Shown here: positions 22,958-34,411 of the stretch, piece after piece
Position numbering within the stretch: the first letter of the stretch is position 1
Layout: every line of letters starts with the position of its first letter
NCBI RefSeq assembly: GCF_000142905.1
Contig: NW_013657626.1
Coordinates: forward strand, 186,001 to 250,000
Reading direction: 5' to 3'
Source: Thecamonas trahens ATCC 50062
Taxonomy: Eukaryota; Protista; Apusomonadida
DNA length: 64,000 nt
The notes under the pieces: model-generated
Told to the model about the DNA's origin: nothing
The model's database searches: none
What the model saw: only the letters and a program-made list of their open reading frames with translations
Translations under genes and position numbers: made by a program

Positions 22958-23956
22958 TCACTGCGTTGCTCCTCCCCCAGCCTCGGAACCACTGTTGCGC
23001 CTGTGGATGTCCATGAGGTTTGCGATGCCGCCGGCGGCGATGGCGTCCTCCATGAGCTTGCGCTTGGCATGCTGCTTGGCGAGCTTGGACTGGGTTCTGT
23101 CTGAGGCCATGAGGCGGTCGCGCCAGCGCGAGCGCGAGAGCGAGCACGGGCGGTCGCCGATGTACTTGCCGTTCATCTCTTTCCAAGCACGGGTAAAGTC
23201 GTTGGGATCGAGGAACGAGACAAAGCCGTAGACCTTGGGACGGGCGGACTTGCGGTCCTTAACGATGCGCGACATGGCAAAGGAGGGATACTTGGAGAAG
23301 GCCTTGACGAGGGCCTCGTTGGTGGTGTTGGGCGCGAGATCGCCCACAAACAGCCTGTAGTCGTTCTCTGGCCACTCCTGGAGCGTAGCGTCCTCCCAGG
23401 CCTTGCCCGCAGCGTACATGACCGGCCTAGCCCTCACGTTCTCTGCGGCCTTGCCCTCGAGCTTGCCCGCGGCGAGCATAGCGGCCATAGCAGCGGCGCG
23501 CTTCTCCTTGCGGTTCTTGAATACCACGCCTTTTGGCACCCATCGCTTCCACTCGGACTGAGGCGGCGGCGGCTTGGCCTCCACGGCCTCGGTCTCTTCC
23601 CACGTGTCGAACACGGCCAGCGCCGCGTCATCGTCATCGATGCTACCAGGCGTCACCGTCTCAGCCTTACTTCCGCCGAGCGGGCCCGATCCCTCGAGCG
23701 CCTTCTGTCGCTTCCGCCGTCCGTGCTCGTCGTCAATGGCCGCTTGCCTCTCGCTAACAGGCGCTGCGCCCGGTGGCAGCGGCGGGTGTGGCGGCCCAGT
23801 CGCTCTCCCGGGGGGAAGTGGCGGGTGTGGTGGGAGCGGCGGCGCGGCGCCCGGCGGCAGTGGCGGCTGTGGCGGCTGTGCAGGCCTCGGTCCGGGTGGG
23901 AGTGGCGGCGGTGTGGGTCCAGGTGGGAGCGGCGGGTCGCGCTTGCGCTTGGGCAT
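22958..23956 (-). CDS. RBM42: RNA-binding protein 42 (RRM; tri-snRNP associated)
   Basis: AAGKAWEDATLQEWPENDYRLFVGDL...KAFSKYPSF...YGFVSF...EMNGKYIGDRP. Confidence 0.9.
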   Translation of the reverse strand: MPKRKRDPPLPPGPTPPPLPPGPRPAQPPQPPLPPGAAPPLPPHPPLPPGRATGPPHPPLPPGAAPVSERQAAIDDEHGRRKRQKALEGSGPLGGSKAETVTPGSIDDDDAALAVFDTWEETEAVEAKPPPPQSEWKRWVPKGVVFKNRKEKRAAAMAAMLAAGKLEGKAAENVRARPVMYAAGKAWEDATLQEWPENDYRLFVGDLAPNTTNEALVKAFSKYPSFAMSRIVKDRKSARPKVYGFVSFLDPNDFTRAWKEMNGKYIGDRPCSLSRSRWRDRLMASDRTQSKLAKQHAKRKLMEDAIAAGGIANLMDIHRRNSGSEAGGGATQ

Positions 23957-24100
23957 GCGGTTAGGCTGTTGGGGGGAGGGGGGGGGGGGGAGGGAGGGAG
24001 GAGGAGTGTGGGCGACACGGACGCGAGCCGGACGGGGAGCGACCGGCTGCGGCTCCCGAAGATTGGACCATTATCTCATATGGGGCGGGGGGCTGTTTAT

Positions 24101-25378
24101 CTACGACGGCGGGGCAGAGACTGAGCGACGGCCGAGGACGCGCTCGACGTTGGCGTAGTAGAGATCCTTGGCGGCGGTCCAGGTTGAGTGGAGCGGCGAG
24201 TCCGGGTTGCCGAGGGCGAGGAGGTAGGGCAGGAGGTCAGCGGCGTAGTGGGCCGAGGCCTCGCGCGGGAGCATGGCCGGAAGGTGGTCGATGGCGATGA
24301 GGTCAAGCGGAGCTGGCGGCTCGCGGAGGCGGAGCGTCGGCTCGAGGAACGAGGTCGAGGCATGGTAGATGGGCATGGGGTTGTCGGCCACGGTGTAGTC
24401 GCAGGAGATGTCGACAATGACGGAGGAGGCAACCGACGGGACCATGTCCTGAGTGATGAACGGCGGGATGGTGACGCCGACAGGGAGGTAAACAGCGTTG
24501 AGGAAGATGTCGCGAGTAAAGGCCTCGGGGAAGGGCCCGCCGGCCGCGGTCTCGGCGCTGTCCCAGCCGACAAGGTCGGGCTTGTCCTTGCCCATCATCT
24601 CGGCGAGCTCGTTAAAGAAGCGAGTGGCGCCCGTGCCGCAGCGGCCGTGAGCGCCGATGACGTGTGCCGACGGCATGTCGACGCCGGCCTTGGCGAGGAG
24701 GTCGACGAGGAACTCCTTGGCCTCGCTCTCTGAAGTGTATGGCTCGATGGTGCCGAGCGGCGCGTGCGGGTCGATCCGCTGCTGGGCGTAGACGTGGGTG
24801 GCGAGAACGGCAGCCGAGTATCCGGTCATGTGGCCAAAGGCAGCGATGCGGTCGGTGGTTCCGGGCGCGTGCAGGAACTCGAGGTCAAAGATGGAGCCGC
24901 CTCCGGCCTCGAACCTCTCGAGCAGCTCCTTGTCGCCGGTCTGGTTCTTGTACACGTGCGCAAACATGATGTGCTGGTGCTTGAGCGGGACGAGCGCCTC
25001 GCTCGCCGGCTCGGGCAGCTCCTTGAGCCCGAGGATGATGGTCTCCTTGGGCGCCTCGGGCCACGATCCGGCCGGCACAAGCTTGGCCCCTGCGGCGACG
25101 TACTCGTCATCAGCATGCGGCCTCGGGCACGGAGACGTACCCGGAACCGGCGAGAGGCTGGGCGGAGCTGTCGGTGTGCCGCGACGGGTGTGATGGCCGG
25201 CCGACTCGACCACAATGTCGTTTCCGGCAGCAATGAGCTCCTTGACCCCGGCGGGAGTCACAGGCGTCCGCGTCTCCTGTGGCTTGGTCTCTGCCCGCAG
25301 CCACATATGCAGGCTCCGTCCCAGCGCACTGAGACCATTCCGTCCTGCTGCACTCGCCACACGCACGCTACGCAGCAT
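24101..25378 (-). CDS. LYS1: Saccharopine dehydrogenase (NAD+, L-lysine forming)
   Basis: LRAETKPQETR, VPAGSW, ILGLKELP (catalytic Lys), FAHVYKNQ (catalytic His), IFDLEFL, IGAHGRCGTGA, GGPF, VDISCD, AIDHLPAMLPREAS. Confidence 0.92.
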   Translation of the reverse strand: MLRSVRVASAAGRNGLSALGRSLHMWLRAETKPQETRTPVTPAGVKELIAAGNDIVVESAGHHTRRGTPTAPPSLSPVPGTSPCPRPHADDEYVAAGAKLVPAGSWPEAPKETIILGLKELPEPASEALVPLKHQHIMFAHVYKNQTGDKELLERFEAGGGSIFDLEFLHAPGTTDRIAAFGHMTGYSAAVLATHVYAQQRIDPHAPLGTIEPYTSESEAKEFLVDLLAKAGVDMPSAHVIGAHGRCGTGATRFFNELAEMMGKDKPDLVGWDSAETAAGGPFPEAFTRDIFLNAVYLPVGVTIPPFITQDMVPSVASSVIVDISCDYTVADNPMPIYHASTSFLEPTLRLREPPAPLDLIAIDHLPAMLPREASAHYAADLLPYLLALGNPDSPLHSTWTAAKDLYYANVERVLGRRSVSAPPS

Positions 25379-26029
25379 GACAAGGGCAATGGTTGGAGAG
25401 ATGAGTGTGTACCGTGTCCAGAGCGTGCTGTCCAAACGCCGAGCAGCTGGCGATGTCGCGTCGTTGACCACAGCCGGGGAGGGGGNNNNNNNNNNNNNNN
25501 NNNNNNNNNNNNNNNNNNNNNNNNNNNNNNNNNNNNNNNNNNNNNNNNNNNNNNNNNNNNNNNNNNNNNNNNNNNNNNNNNNNNNNNNNNNNNNNNNNNN
25601 NNNNNNNNNNNNNNNNNNNNNNNNNNNNNNNNNNNNNNNNNNNNNNNNNNNNNNNNNNNNNNNNNNNNNNNNNNNNNNNNNNNNNNNNNNNNNNNNNNNN
25701 NNNNNNNNNNNNNNNNNNNNNNNNNNNNNNNNNNNNNNNNNNNNNNNNNNNNNNNNNNNNNNNNNNNNNNNNNNNNNNNNNNNNNNNNNNNNNNNNNNNN
25801 NNNNNNNNNNNNNNNNNNNNNNNNNNNNNNNNNNNNNNNNNNNNNNNNNNNNNNNNNNNNNNNNNNNNNNNNNNNNNNNNNNNNNNNNNNNNNNNNNNNN
25901 NNNNNNNNNNNNNNNNNNNNNNNNNNNNNNNNNNNNNNNNNNNNNNNNNNNNNNNNNNNNNNNNNNNNNNNNNNNNNNNNNNNNNNNNNNNNNNNNNNNN
26001 NNNNNNNNNNNNNNNNNNACCCCCACCCA

Positions 26030-26030
<1 letters not shown>

Positions 26031-26068
<38 letters not shown>
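26031..26068. repeat. (CA)n microsatellite at the 3' end of an intron
   Basis: Direct observation; followed by an AG acceptor at 26068-26069. Confidence 0.9.
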
Positions 26069-26069
<1 letters not shown>

Positions 26070-26070
<1 letters not shown>

Positions 26071-27745
26071 AGGGTGACGGCTTTGACCGCCTCATCCTCA
26101 AACTGCGCTCGTCCAAGGAGGCGCTGAAGGAGCTGTCGGCCTACTTTTTCGACCGGGCTGCCGTGGAGGAGGCCTACGCCAAGGCTCTGGTCAAAGTCAC
26201 CAAGCAGAAGCGGCTGAGCGATGAGACCGGCTCGCTCAAGTCGGCCTACGAGTCGATGATGGGCGAGGCTCTGCGGTCGGCCGACGACCGCACCGCCTTT
26301 GCCAAGCAGCTGCGCGCCACCGGTGACCGCCTGATGCAGTACAAGGACGCCCAGAAGCAGATGCGCAAGAACAACCACGCCCTCAAGGAGAAGCACGACA
26401 AGGACCTGGGCAAGTCGCTGGACCAGCTCGAAAAGTACAAGGCCAAGTACCTCAAGTACGCCGAGGAGACTTACACCTACCGCAACCAGGAGCGCAACAC
26501 CTCCCTCCCGGCCAAGGACGTTGCCTCGGCCCGCAAAAGGCCGACAAGGCCGAGAAGGAGCGCATCAAGTACGAGAAACTCTACCGCGCACAGGTCACTT
26601 CTCATCACGACGAGCAGCAGCGCTGGGAGTACGCCATGTCCCAGCTCTTTACAGACATTTCATGCGTCCAGGTCCAATCGTACGACTTTATCCGCGAGAC
26701 CTTGCTCTCGTACGCAGACATCGAGCGCGCCCGCCCGCCGGTCCTCGCCGACGCCCTCGCCACGCTCACAAAGTCGATCGAGGCCATCGACTGCGCCACC
26801 GACATTGAGGAGTGGCGCGCTTCAAACGCGACTGGCTCGCTCCGCCCACCTCTCATCTCGCTCTTTGTCTGGTCTCCCGACGGCGTCGAGGAGATCCCGC
26901 AGTCGGGCGGCGGCTCGCTCGAGCTCGCCCCGCCCGGCACCCGCTCCTCCACAACCTCGCTCGATCCCTTCCCAGACACCGAAGACATCACCACCACAGA
27001 GGGCATCGACTCGACTGCGGACCTCTCCGACGACGACGAGGACGACGAGGACGACGAGGGCGAGGTCGGTGACGTCGCTGTCCCTGCCCGCGCTCACGCT
27101 CCTGACGGCGCCCCCACCCCTGCCCCAGTCCCGCCGCGCTCCTCCTCTGCCGCCAAGCGCCCGCCCATCAAGCCGCGCCCAGCCTCCACCCGCCTCACTG
27201 ACGGCACCATCATCCCCGGTCTCGCCTCTGATCGCCCGCCGCCGCCGGTCCCGGGCTCGGTCCAGCCATCCGCTCCTACTGCCACTCCTACTCCCGCTCC
27301 TGCCCTTGCCGTACCGCACCTCGACCGCCCGCCAGCTCCGTCGGTCGTCCTCCCGCCGGGCTGGTCGGTCCACCTCGACGAGACCTACAAGCGCGAGTTT
27401 TATGTCAACGACGCCACCGGCGAGAGCTCGTGGACAAAGCCGGTGCCGCCGTCGCTGGCCCCACCCGCCCTAGCCCCGCCTATGCCGCCCAAGCCGGCGC
27501 TGGCCGCCCCGCCCGTCCAGGCCGCCCCGCCGGCTGAGACCGTCACCGCCATCTATGACTACGACGCCCAGTTTGACGGCGAGATCTCGTTCGAGGCCGG
27601 CGATGTCATCACCATCGTCTCCAAGGACGATGGCGGCTGGTGGGAGGGAACCGTCAATGGCGCCACAGGCCTCTTTCCTTCCAACTTTACCGACGGCGCC
27701 GGCTCCGGCAATGACGACGACGACGACGACTCGTCCGGCAACTAG
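26070..27745 (+). CDS. F-BAR + WW + SH3 protein (PSTPIP/Cdc15/GAS7-like); first exon probably in the gap; apparent -1 frameshift at 26535-26538
   Basis: FCH motif GFDRL...FFDRAAVEEAYAKAL..ETGSL, WW LPPGWSVHLDETYKREFYVNDATGESSWTKP, SH3 AIYDYDAQFDGEISF...GWWEG...GLFPSNF. One extra A gives ARKKADKAEKERIKYE. Confidence 0.85.
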
Positions 27746-27784
27746 CCACCCGTGCCCAATGCACTCGCCATCGCAAGCCGGCCC

Positions 27785-28449
27785 TTAGAACAGCTCATCG
27801 CATGCCACCGGGAGGCCCGCCACAAGAAGCCCAAGCGCCTCCACCGCCGCGCTACAGTCTTGCGGATGCAGGTAGCCGCGCCGCCCATAGTACTCGGCGC
27901 ACGAGACCGTGGTGTAGCTGAACGAGAACTCAGAGCCCGACGGCTTAAAGTGAAGCCCGCGCGAGTTCCACACCATCGCCGCGCCCTTGACCCCCTCCAC
28001 CGACGCAAAGATCGACGCAGGCCCCGCCGCCGCCTGCGGATCCGGCGGCGCGTACGACGCGCTCGCCTCGGCTGCCACATAGCACTCGCCCGGCCGGCAC
28101 CCACGGACCGTCACCGAGCACTCGCTCTCACCAAACCCGACCAGCAGCCGCCGCGAGCCGCCAAAGCCAAGGGTCGAGTTGAGCTGGCACATGCTCTCCA
28201 GCGGGTCGTCGTCGTCACGCGCCCGCCGAGCGAGCACCCGCGAGCCTGAGCAAACCGGTCCACCGGCCAGCTGGCGGCCTCTGCTGTCGGCGCCACCACA
28301 GTCACCACAGCCACCACAGCCAACGCCACAGCCAACGCCACACTCGCCACCAGCCCCTCCCGCCTGCCCCTTCCCGCCTGCCTTCTCCCGTCTCCTCCAG
28401 TCGCTGTTCCCCATCTCCGCCCGACCCGCGTCGCCCGGCCCACGCTCAT
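27785..28449 (-). CDS. Small Cys-containing secreted or signal-anchored protein of unknown function; apparent -1 frameshift at 28252-28254
   Basis: Signal-like LVASVALAVALAVVAVVTVVAPTAEA in one frame joins the globular frame (CSGSRVL...CDELF*) if one T is added. Confidence 0.5.
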
Positions 28450-28563
28450 ATGTCCTCGGTTGCGCGCCAAGCCGCCCGAGACAAGTTGCCCTCCCCCCCC
28501 CCCCCCCCCCCCCCCCCCAATCAGTCTTCTTCGTAATTCCCCCCCCCCCCCCCAACCGACACA

Positions 28564-29980
28564 TCATTTATCGTCATCTCCGCTCGGCCCGCCAAAGCAC
28601 ACCCGCGGCCGTCGAGCCTTGGTGGAAAAGTAGAAGCCGTGGCCGGCAAAGACCGCGGCCTTGGCCTTGATGGCCACCACAGAGAGCCATCCGCGGCAGC
28701 CGAGCTCAAAGAAGACCGCGAGAAAGTCGTTGTGAAACGCTGCCACCGCGTCCAGGTACCGCTTGCGATGCCGCGCGTAGGCCGTCACAAACTGCGCACC
28801 CGATCGCACCAGCTGGCTGCCGGGCACCCACTTGTGCCGCGCCACCGCGCCCACCACAATCGCCTGCTGGCCGTCGGCAAAGTCGTCGGTCATGGCAAAA
28901 GCGAGCCAGAGCAGGTGAAAGAACGTCCGCGCTCCGTACATCCGCCGCACATGCCGCCGCCGCCGCGCTTCACCGAGCGCCTCAAAGTAGAGCGCCACCT
29001 GCGCCAGCGCGTACGCGTCCACCAGCTGCTCGCGAGCCACAAACCGGTACACCTCCTCTGTGTGCAGGAGTGAGAGAAAGAGGCAGTCATTCTCCGAGAA
29101 CGGATGAACCTTCCCCGCCCCCAATCGCACCCGCTTTCCGCTCCCGCCGCTGCGCCTGACCATCCGCGCCACCCCGCCGGCCTCATCGCCCATCGAGCCT
29201 TCTCCCGCCCCCGCCATCCACTCGGACGGCATCGCCAGCATCCCATCCCAGCCCCCGCCCCACACGCTCTCGACCCATGTCCGCTTCCGCCGTGGCCGCG
29301 CCCGCCCGGACCCGCTGTCGCAGCGGTTGTCGGCCGCCAGCCTCGCCATCGCCGCCGCTCCGGCTGCCGACAGCGCCACCGGCTCCAGCCACTGATCATG
29401 CCGCGAGCAACCGCACGCCACTGTCGGCATCGTCACACGCTCCCCGCTCCCTGCCGTTGCCTCTTCCAGCTGCGCCAGCTCGTGTGCCTGTCTCAGTCGC
29501 CCCCATCCCCGCCGTGCACCATCGTCAGAAAAAAGCCGCGCTATTCGCACGCCCCGTGTGATCGCTGGTGATCACAAACATGCTGCTGATCAAGCACGAC
29601 CTTTTTCTGCACCATCTCCTCCCCTCGCCCATGCGTACAATGTTGGTGCAGTAGAGAAGATCAGCACCCACCAGGCGAGCCACGGTGTCGGGCGCGTTCT
29701 CCTTGTCCGACTCGGCATCCAGGCTCAAGTCCGAGTCGTCGATCGACGACGTCGACGAGCCCGGCAGCGGCGGCGAGGCAGCAACCGATCGCGGCGGCGA
29801 TCGAGGTGGCGATGGCAGCCGTGATCGCTGCGCCAAGCACCGCGGCGAGCCCGGTGGCGGGGACGGCGCCAGGCTCTCCGACAAGCAAGTGAGGTCAAGC
29901 GGGCGAAAGACGCCGCGCGTTTGGGGAGCACGCTCAGGGGTAACCAGCAACAGTGCAGATGGAAGAGGCAGTGCCGCCAT
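28564..29980 (-). CDS. Speedy/RINGO (Spy1)-like protein, 2 exons (intron ~29488-29638)
   Basis: Exon 1 starts at ATG 29980, is SP-rich and has a KEN box. Phase-0 GTACGC...CAG intron. Exon 2 has FLSLL..EEVYRFV, DAYALAQVALYF, TFFHLLWLAFAMTDD, AVFFELGCRGWLS and GHGFY, collinear with the Speedy box. Confidence 0.6.
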
Positions 29981-30077
29981 GGCCGATCGCTTCCGGGTGA
30001 CAGGCGCGAGTGCAATGTGCCAGCGGCAGCCACTCGTTCGGATGATGAATGAGCAATGTTCATTTGCGGTGCGGCCG

Positions 30078-33000
30078 CTACAGCTGGTTGCCCAGCATGG
30101 GGTTGGCGGCCGCAGGATCAGCGCCCTTGCGCAGCTGCTCATCGCGCTGGCGGGTGACAAAGCGGACCTGGTCCACAAAGGTGGGAAAGTACGAGATCTG
30201 GAGCGCGTTGGCAAAGAAGCCTGGGATGCAGGCGACGACGACAATGAGCAGCACGGTCGCCCAAAAGTTGCCGTCCGAGACAAGGCGGTCCATGACTTGG
30301 TAAAAGTCAAGGAAGGGGACAGCCGAGTATACCATGGTTGTGCCAAAGTAGGTGACGACCGAACCGATGAGGAGGATGCCGTTGACAGCGGTGAGGTAGT
30401 GTGAGTAGAGGAAGACCACGATTTGGTTGACAATGACCACCGCCGAGTACGCCACCATCGAGAGCGACGCATAGTCGACGGGGTAGCCGTCGCCCCAGTG
30501 CAAGTGGTCGACGTTGAAGACCGCGAGAGTGATGAGAAGCGTGACTGCGGCCTGATAGACGGCGTGGAAGAACCACGTTGCCATCGTCACCGCGTTCATC
30601 TTGTTTGACCGCTGCCCGCCCTTGTAGATGGCTGGGAACTCAAAGACCTTCTCCTCCGTCACGTCCTGGTCGAGCGCAAAGCCAAAGACCGGGAGCCCGG
30701 TGAAGACCACGTTGTACGTCGTGAGCGAGAACGTGTTCATCAGCGACGTGCCCGAGAAACCGGCGTAGAAGTTGTACAGAACCTGGATGAGACAGATGTA
30801 GATCGACTTGAAGAACGCATACTGCGCAATGACTGCGGTCCGGTTGTACGACCACCGCCCGTGCACAAGAATGAGCCGCCGCAGAAACTTGAACTTGGCA
30901 AACGAGTAATCAGCCGCCCGCGCCGCCTGCAGGCCTTCGCGCCCAGAGATGCCCACGCCAATGTGCGCCTCCTGGATCATCGTCACGTCGTTGCCTCCAT
31001 CGCCGATCGAGAGGCAAACCTTGTCCAGCTCCTTGACAGACGCGACCACCAGCGCCTTCTGCTGCGGCGTCACACGGCAGCACACCACCGCGTGCGACCG
31101 CATCCCAATGTCGCGGAACTGCTCCTTGTGGTGCTCCAGGCAGATGCCGAGCTGCCCGCCCTCGATAATCACCGTGATGTCGCACCCGCGCGCCTCGGCC
31201 TGCTTGCTCTGCTTCTCCAGCGTGTTGAGGCAGAGCCCAACCTGGTCCGCAGTCTCACCCTCCACACGGAGCAGCACTCCGCCCTCAGACTCGGGCGACA
31301 TCAGGTTGCACGCCGTCGCAATCTGCAGCGCCGTCGAGTACTTGTCGCCCGTCAGCATCCAGAACTTGAGCCCCGCACGCCTCAGCAGCGCGATCGTCTC
31401 CGGCACCTCTTCCTGCAGCTTGTCCTCGATGGCAGTCACGCCCAGAAGCTCCAGGTCCTGCTCCATCTCCTCGTACACCGCCGCCAACCGCTCCTGTGGT
31501 TCCATTCCAAGCACACACACACACACACACTCCCAGGTAAGTCTCACTCCTCTTGCTCGCTTGCGAGGCGCTGTGCCACGCCGAGAGGATCAGAGTAGTC
31601 AGAATAAAACCAGTAACGTCATCGAGACGAGCCCGTTTTTCGGTCCTCGCTCTAAGACGGCACTTCCTATCATAGAATTGATGGTTAAGCATCATCATCC
31701 GACTCGATCCTCTCGGCCCGCGCGCCGCGCCTCCCTCCACCCACACGCCTTCTTCCAACGTACGTCACGGTTCTCAATCGAGGTGTTCGCCTCGGTCCAG
31801 CGCTCCATCCAAGCCAGGTACGAATCCTCCTCCAGGTAGCGGTAGCCGATGACCAGAGTGCGGAGGCCGAGCTGGGCAAAGGTCTCCAGCTGGTGGTCCA
31901 GCTCGGCCAGGTCCGGATTGAGCGACATGTCGAGGCGCGAGATGACCTTGTCGTCGGCACCCTTCATGTACAGCTTGTAGCGGCCGGTCTCGTTGTCCTT
32001 GACAATGACCGACATGCGCTTGCGGTCCGACGAGAACTCGAGCACGTTGCACAGCTCGTAGCTCTCGGCCTTGCCCAGAAAGTCAACAGTGAGCATGTCG
32101 CCGTCGCGGGCGGTAAAGGTCACGCCCATGTCCTGCGCCGCAAGAACAAGTGCCTCTTCGTCCGGCGACGACGACTTGTACGTCACCTTGCCGTTGGCAT
32201 CAACCTCAGCGTTCGGGACAACTGTCTGGTTGAGGGCGAGGCAGCGGAAAAACTCGGCAGCCACCGTGGCCTTGGGGTCCGCCACCAGGGCGTGCAGATC
32301 CGGGTCTTGCGTCGCGTCCGAGCATGCTGCCGTGTGGCCAAACATCCGCCCGTCGACGGCGCACTTTTGGAACCGCATCACGTTCTCCGTAATGGTTCCG
32401 GTCTTGTCCGAAAGATGTATTCGAGCTGGCCGAGATCCTCCGAAATAGCCGTGTTCTTGGCCTCGGCCGGAGTGTTCGTCTCCTCGTCGTACATGTGGAT
32501 GTCCCAGTTGATCAGCTGCGCGTAGTAGAACTTGACCATGTCCATGGTCACCTTGAGCGAGATGGGAATCATAAACGACATCAGGAGCATGAACCGCAGT
32601 GGAATGACAATCGGATCGTACCACTCCTCCTTGGAGACCAGCAGGTACTCCATCTTCTTGCCCTTGTCCTCGCGCCACAACGCGCCGGCAATGCCAAACG
32701 CAATGATGAAGCAGACCTGGAGCGTGAAAATCGCCACAGTCGCCTTGTTGATCAGCTGGTCAAGATGCGTCCACTTGGTTGGCGGAATCCGCTTGTTCTT
32801 GCCAATCTTTGTCTCGTTGCCGGTGTAAACCACCATGCCGTACACCCACTCGGTGTTCCGCAGCATGCACCCCTGAAGCGCAGTCTGCTTGGCACTCAGC
32901 GAGAGCGACTCGGCGTTTGCGTCCGTCGTCAGCCGCAGCCGCGAGTCAAACTTGTAGATTTCCGGGTTCGGCGCCGCACACTCGCACACGCCCTTAAAGT

Positions 33001-33915
33001 TGAGCACCTGGCTCCCGCTCAGCTCCTGCGTCTCGGCAAGACACGTCCGCGACTTGAGATCCGTCTCGCCGTCCAAGTTGGCTGTCTCGATGTACGCCGC
33101 CCCGTCGGACGACGACTTGAGCAGCACCACGTCGGCAGCAATCTGCTCGTTCTCAACCATGTACAGGATGTCGCCCACCACAATGTCGGCAGCACGCATC
33201 TCCACAAGCACCCCGTCGCGAGACACCTGCACCGCCCGGTTGTTCGCCTCCTTGTCGGCCTTGTACCGAAAGTAGTCGTCGAGGCCTTCCTTGATGGCAG
33301 AGACAAGGAAAATGAGAATCAGCGGGAGCCACGTCGTCAGTGGATTGACCGGCGTGATCGCATTCCACAGCTGCAGGCATGCAATGATCAGAAAGTAGAT
33401 GTTCATGAACCGTCTGCTCAGCCAAATGCTCTCTCCATGAGTCCAACTCCATCGCCATCACCACCAAACAAACACAAACAATAATGCAATCACACACATT
33501 CAAAGAAACAAAACCACCGCCACCATCCGACACCGTCTCTTCCACCACCGGCACCGGCACCGGCACCAGCACCATCACTACCACCACTACCACCAGCAAA
33601 ATACACAAGGTGGCGGATCCTCTTCTCTGCCCCCTTATACATACCGCTTCTCCATGCGGGTTCACACACCATCTGCATTACGTCATGGATGACAGCGTTC
33701 CCTTCCGGTGGGAGCGAAAAAGAGCGGGGGAAGGCTTGTCAGCCAAGTGTTTGGCAGAGAATGATTCAAACGTACGAAAACTGTTCATAGAGGTTGAGGA
33801 ACAGGAAGTTGTAGATGGTGTACTTTGTGTTGGAGATCTTGTTGGTTGGGAAGGACGTGGCCATGGTCGGGTCCCCGCCCCTGACTTCACGGATCGACTC
33901 CGCCCCCTTGGACTG
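30078..33915 (-). CDS. P4-type phospholipid flippase ATPase (ALA2-like); introns 33414-33775 and 31494-31763; frameshift at 32411-32413; start uncertain
   Basis: NKISNTKYT, EQFSRFMN across the splice, LDGETDLK, PISLKVT, EDLGQLEYIF[S]DKTGT, SPDEEALV, EFSSDRKRMS, IEDKLQ, MLTGDK, IGDGGNDV. Confidence 0.92.
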
Positions 33916-34411
33916 TGCCACCACACGCAGGACATGCCAAAGACATGAACAACACTTCTTACGTGAGTTATATCCTGTCGGTGTCGCTCTCACGGGCCTC
34001 TACTCCCGCCTGCATGCCCTGTGCCGTCTTGCCTTGCCGGCCCCAAACAGGCGGCGCCATGGCCCCAAAAATTCCTCCCAACTATGTCGTGTGCGTCTCT
34101 CGTTCCGCATTCTCTCCTGCCCCCGCTTTGCTCTCGGCAGCCTTGCAGCTCCCCTCTGACTTTGTCATAATGCGCTATCGATGCGACACGTACCCGCTTG
34201 CAGAACATGGTCACAGTCTGGAGGGAGTGAGATGCCGTTCAAGAGGTGCGCTGGGGCGGGGGCGGCGGAGGGAGGGGGGCCGGCCGACGGCCGACCAACC
34301 ACCGCCCTCAACCGGCCAGTCGGTCAGCCGGTCGGTCAGCCCGGGCGTCGAATCCTGGCACATGCGGATTGGACCTAGATTTGGTTTTACCTGTTTTACC
34401 GGCGCATCGTG

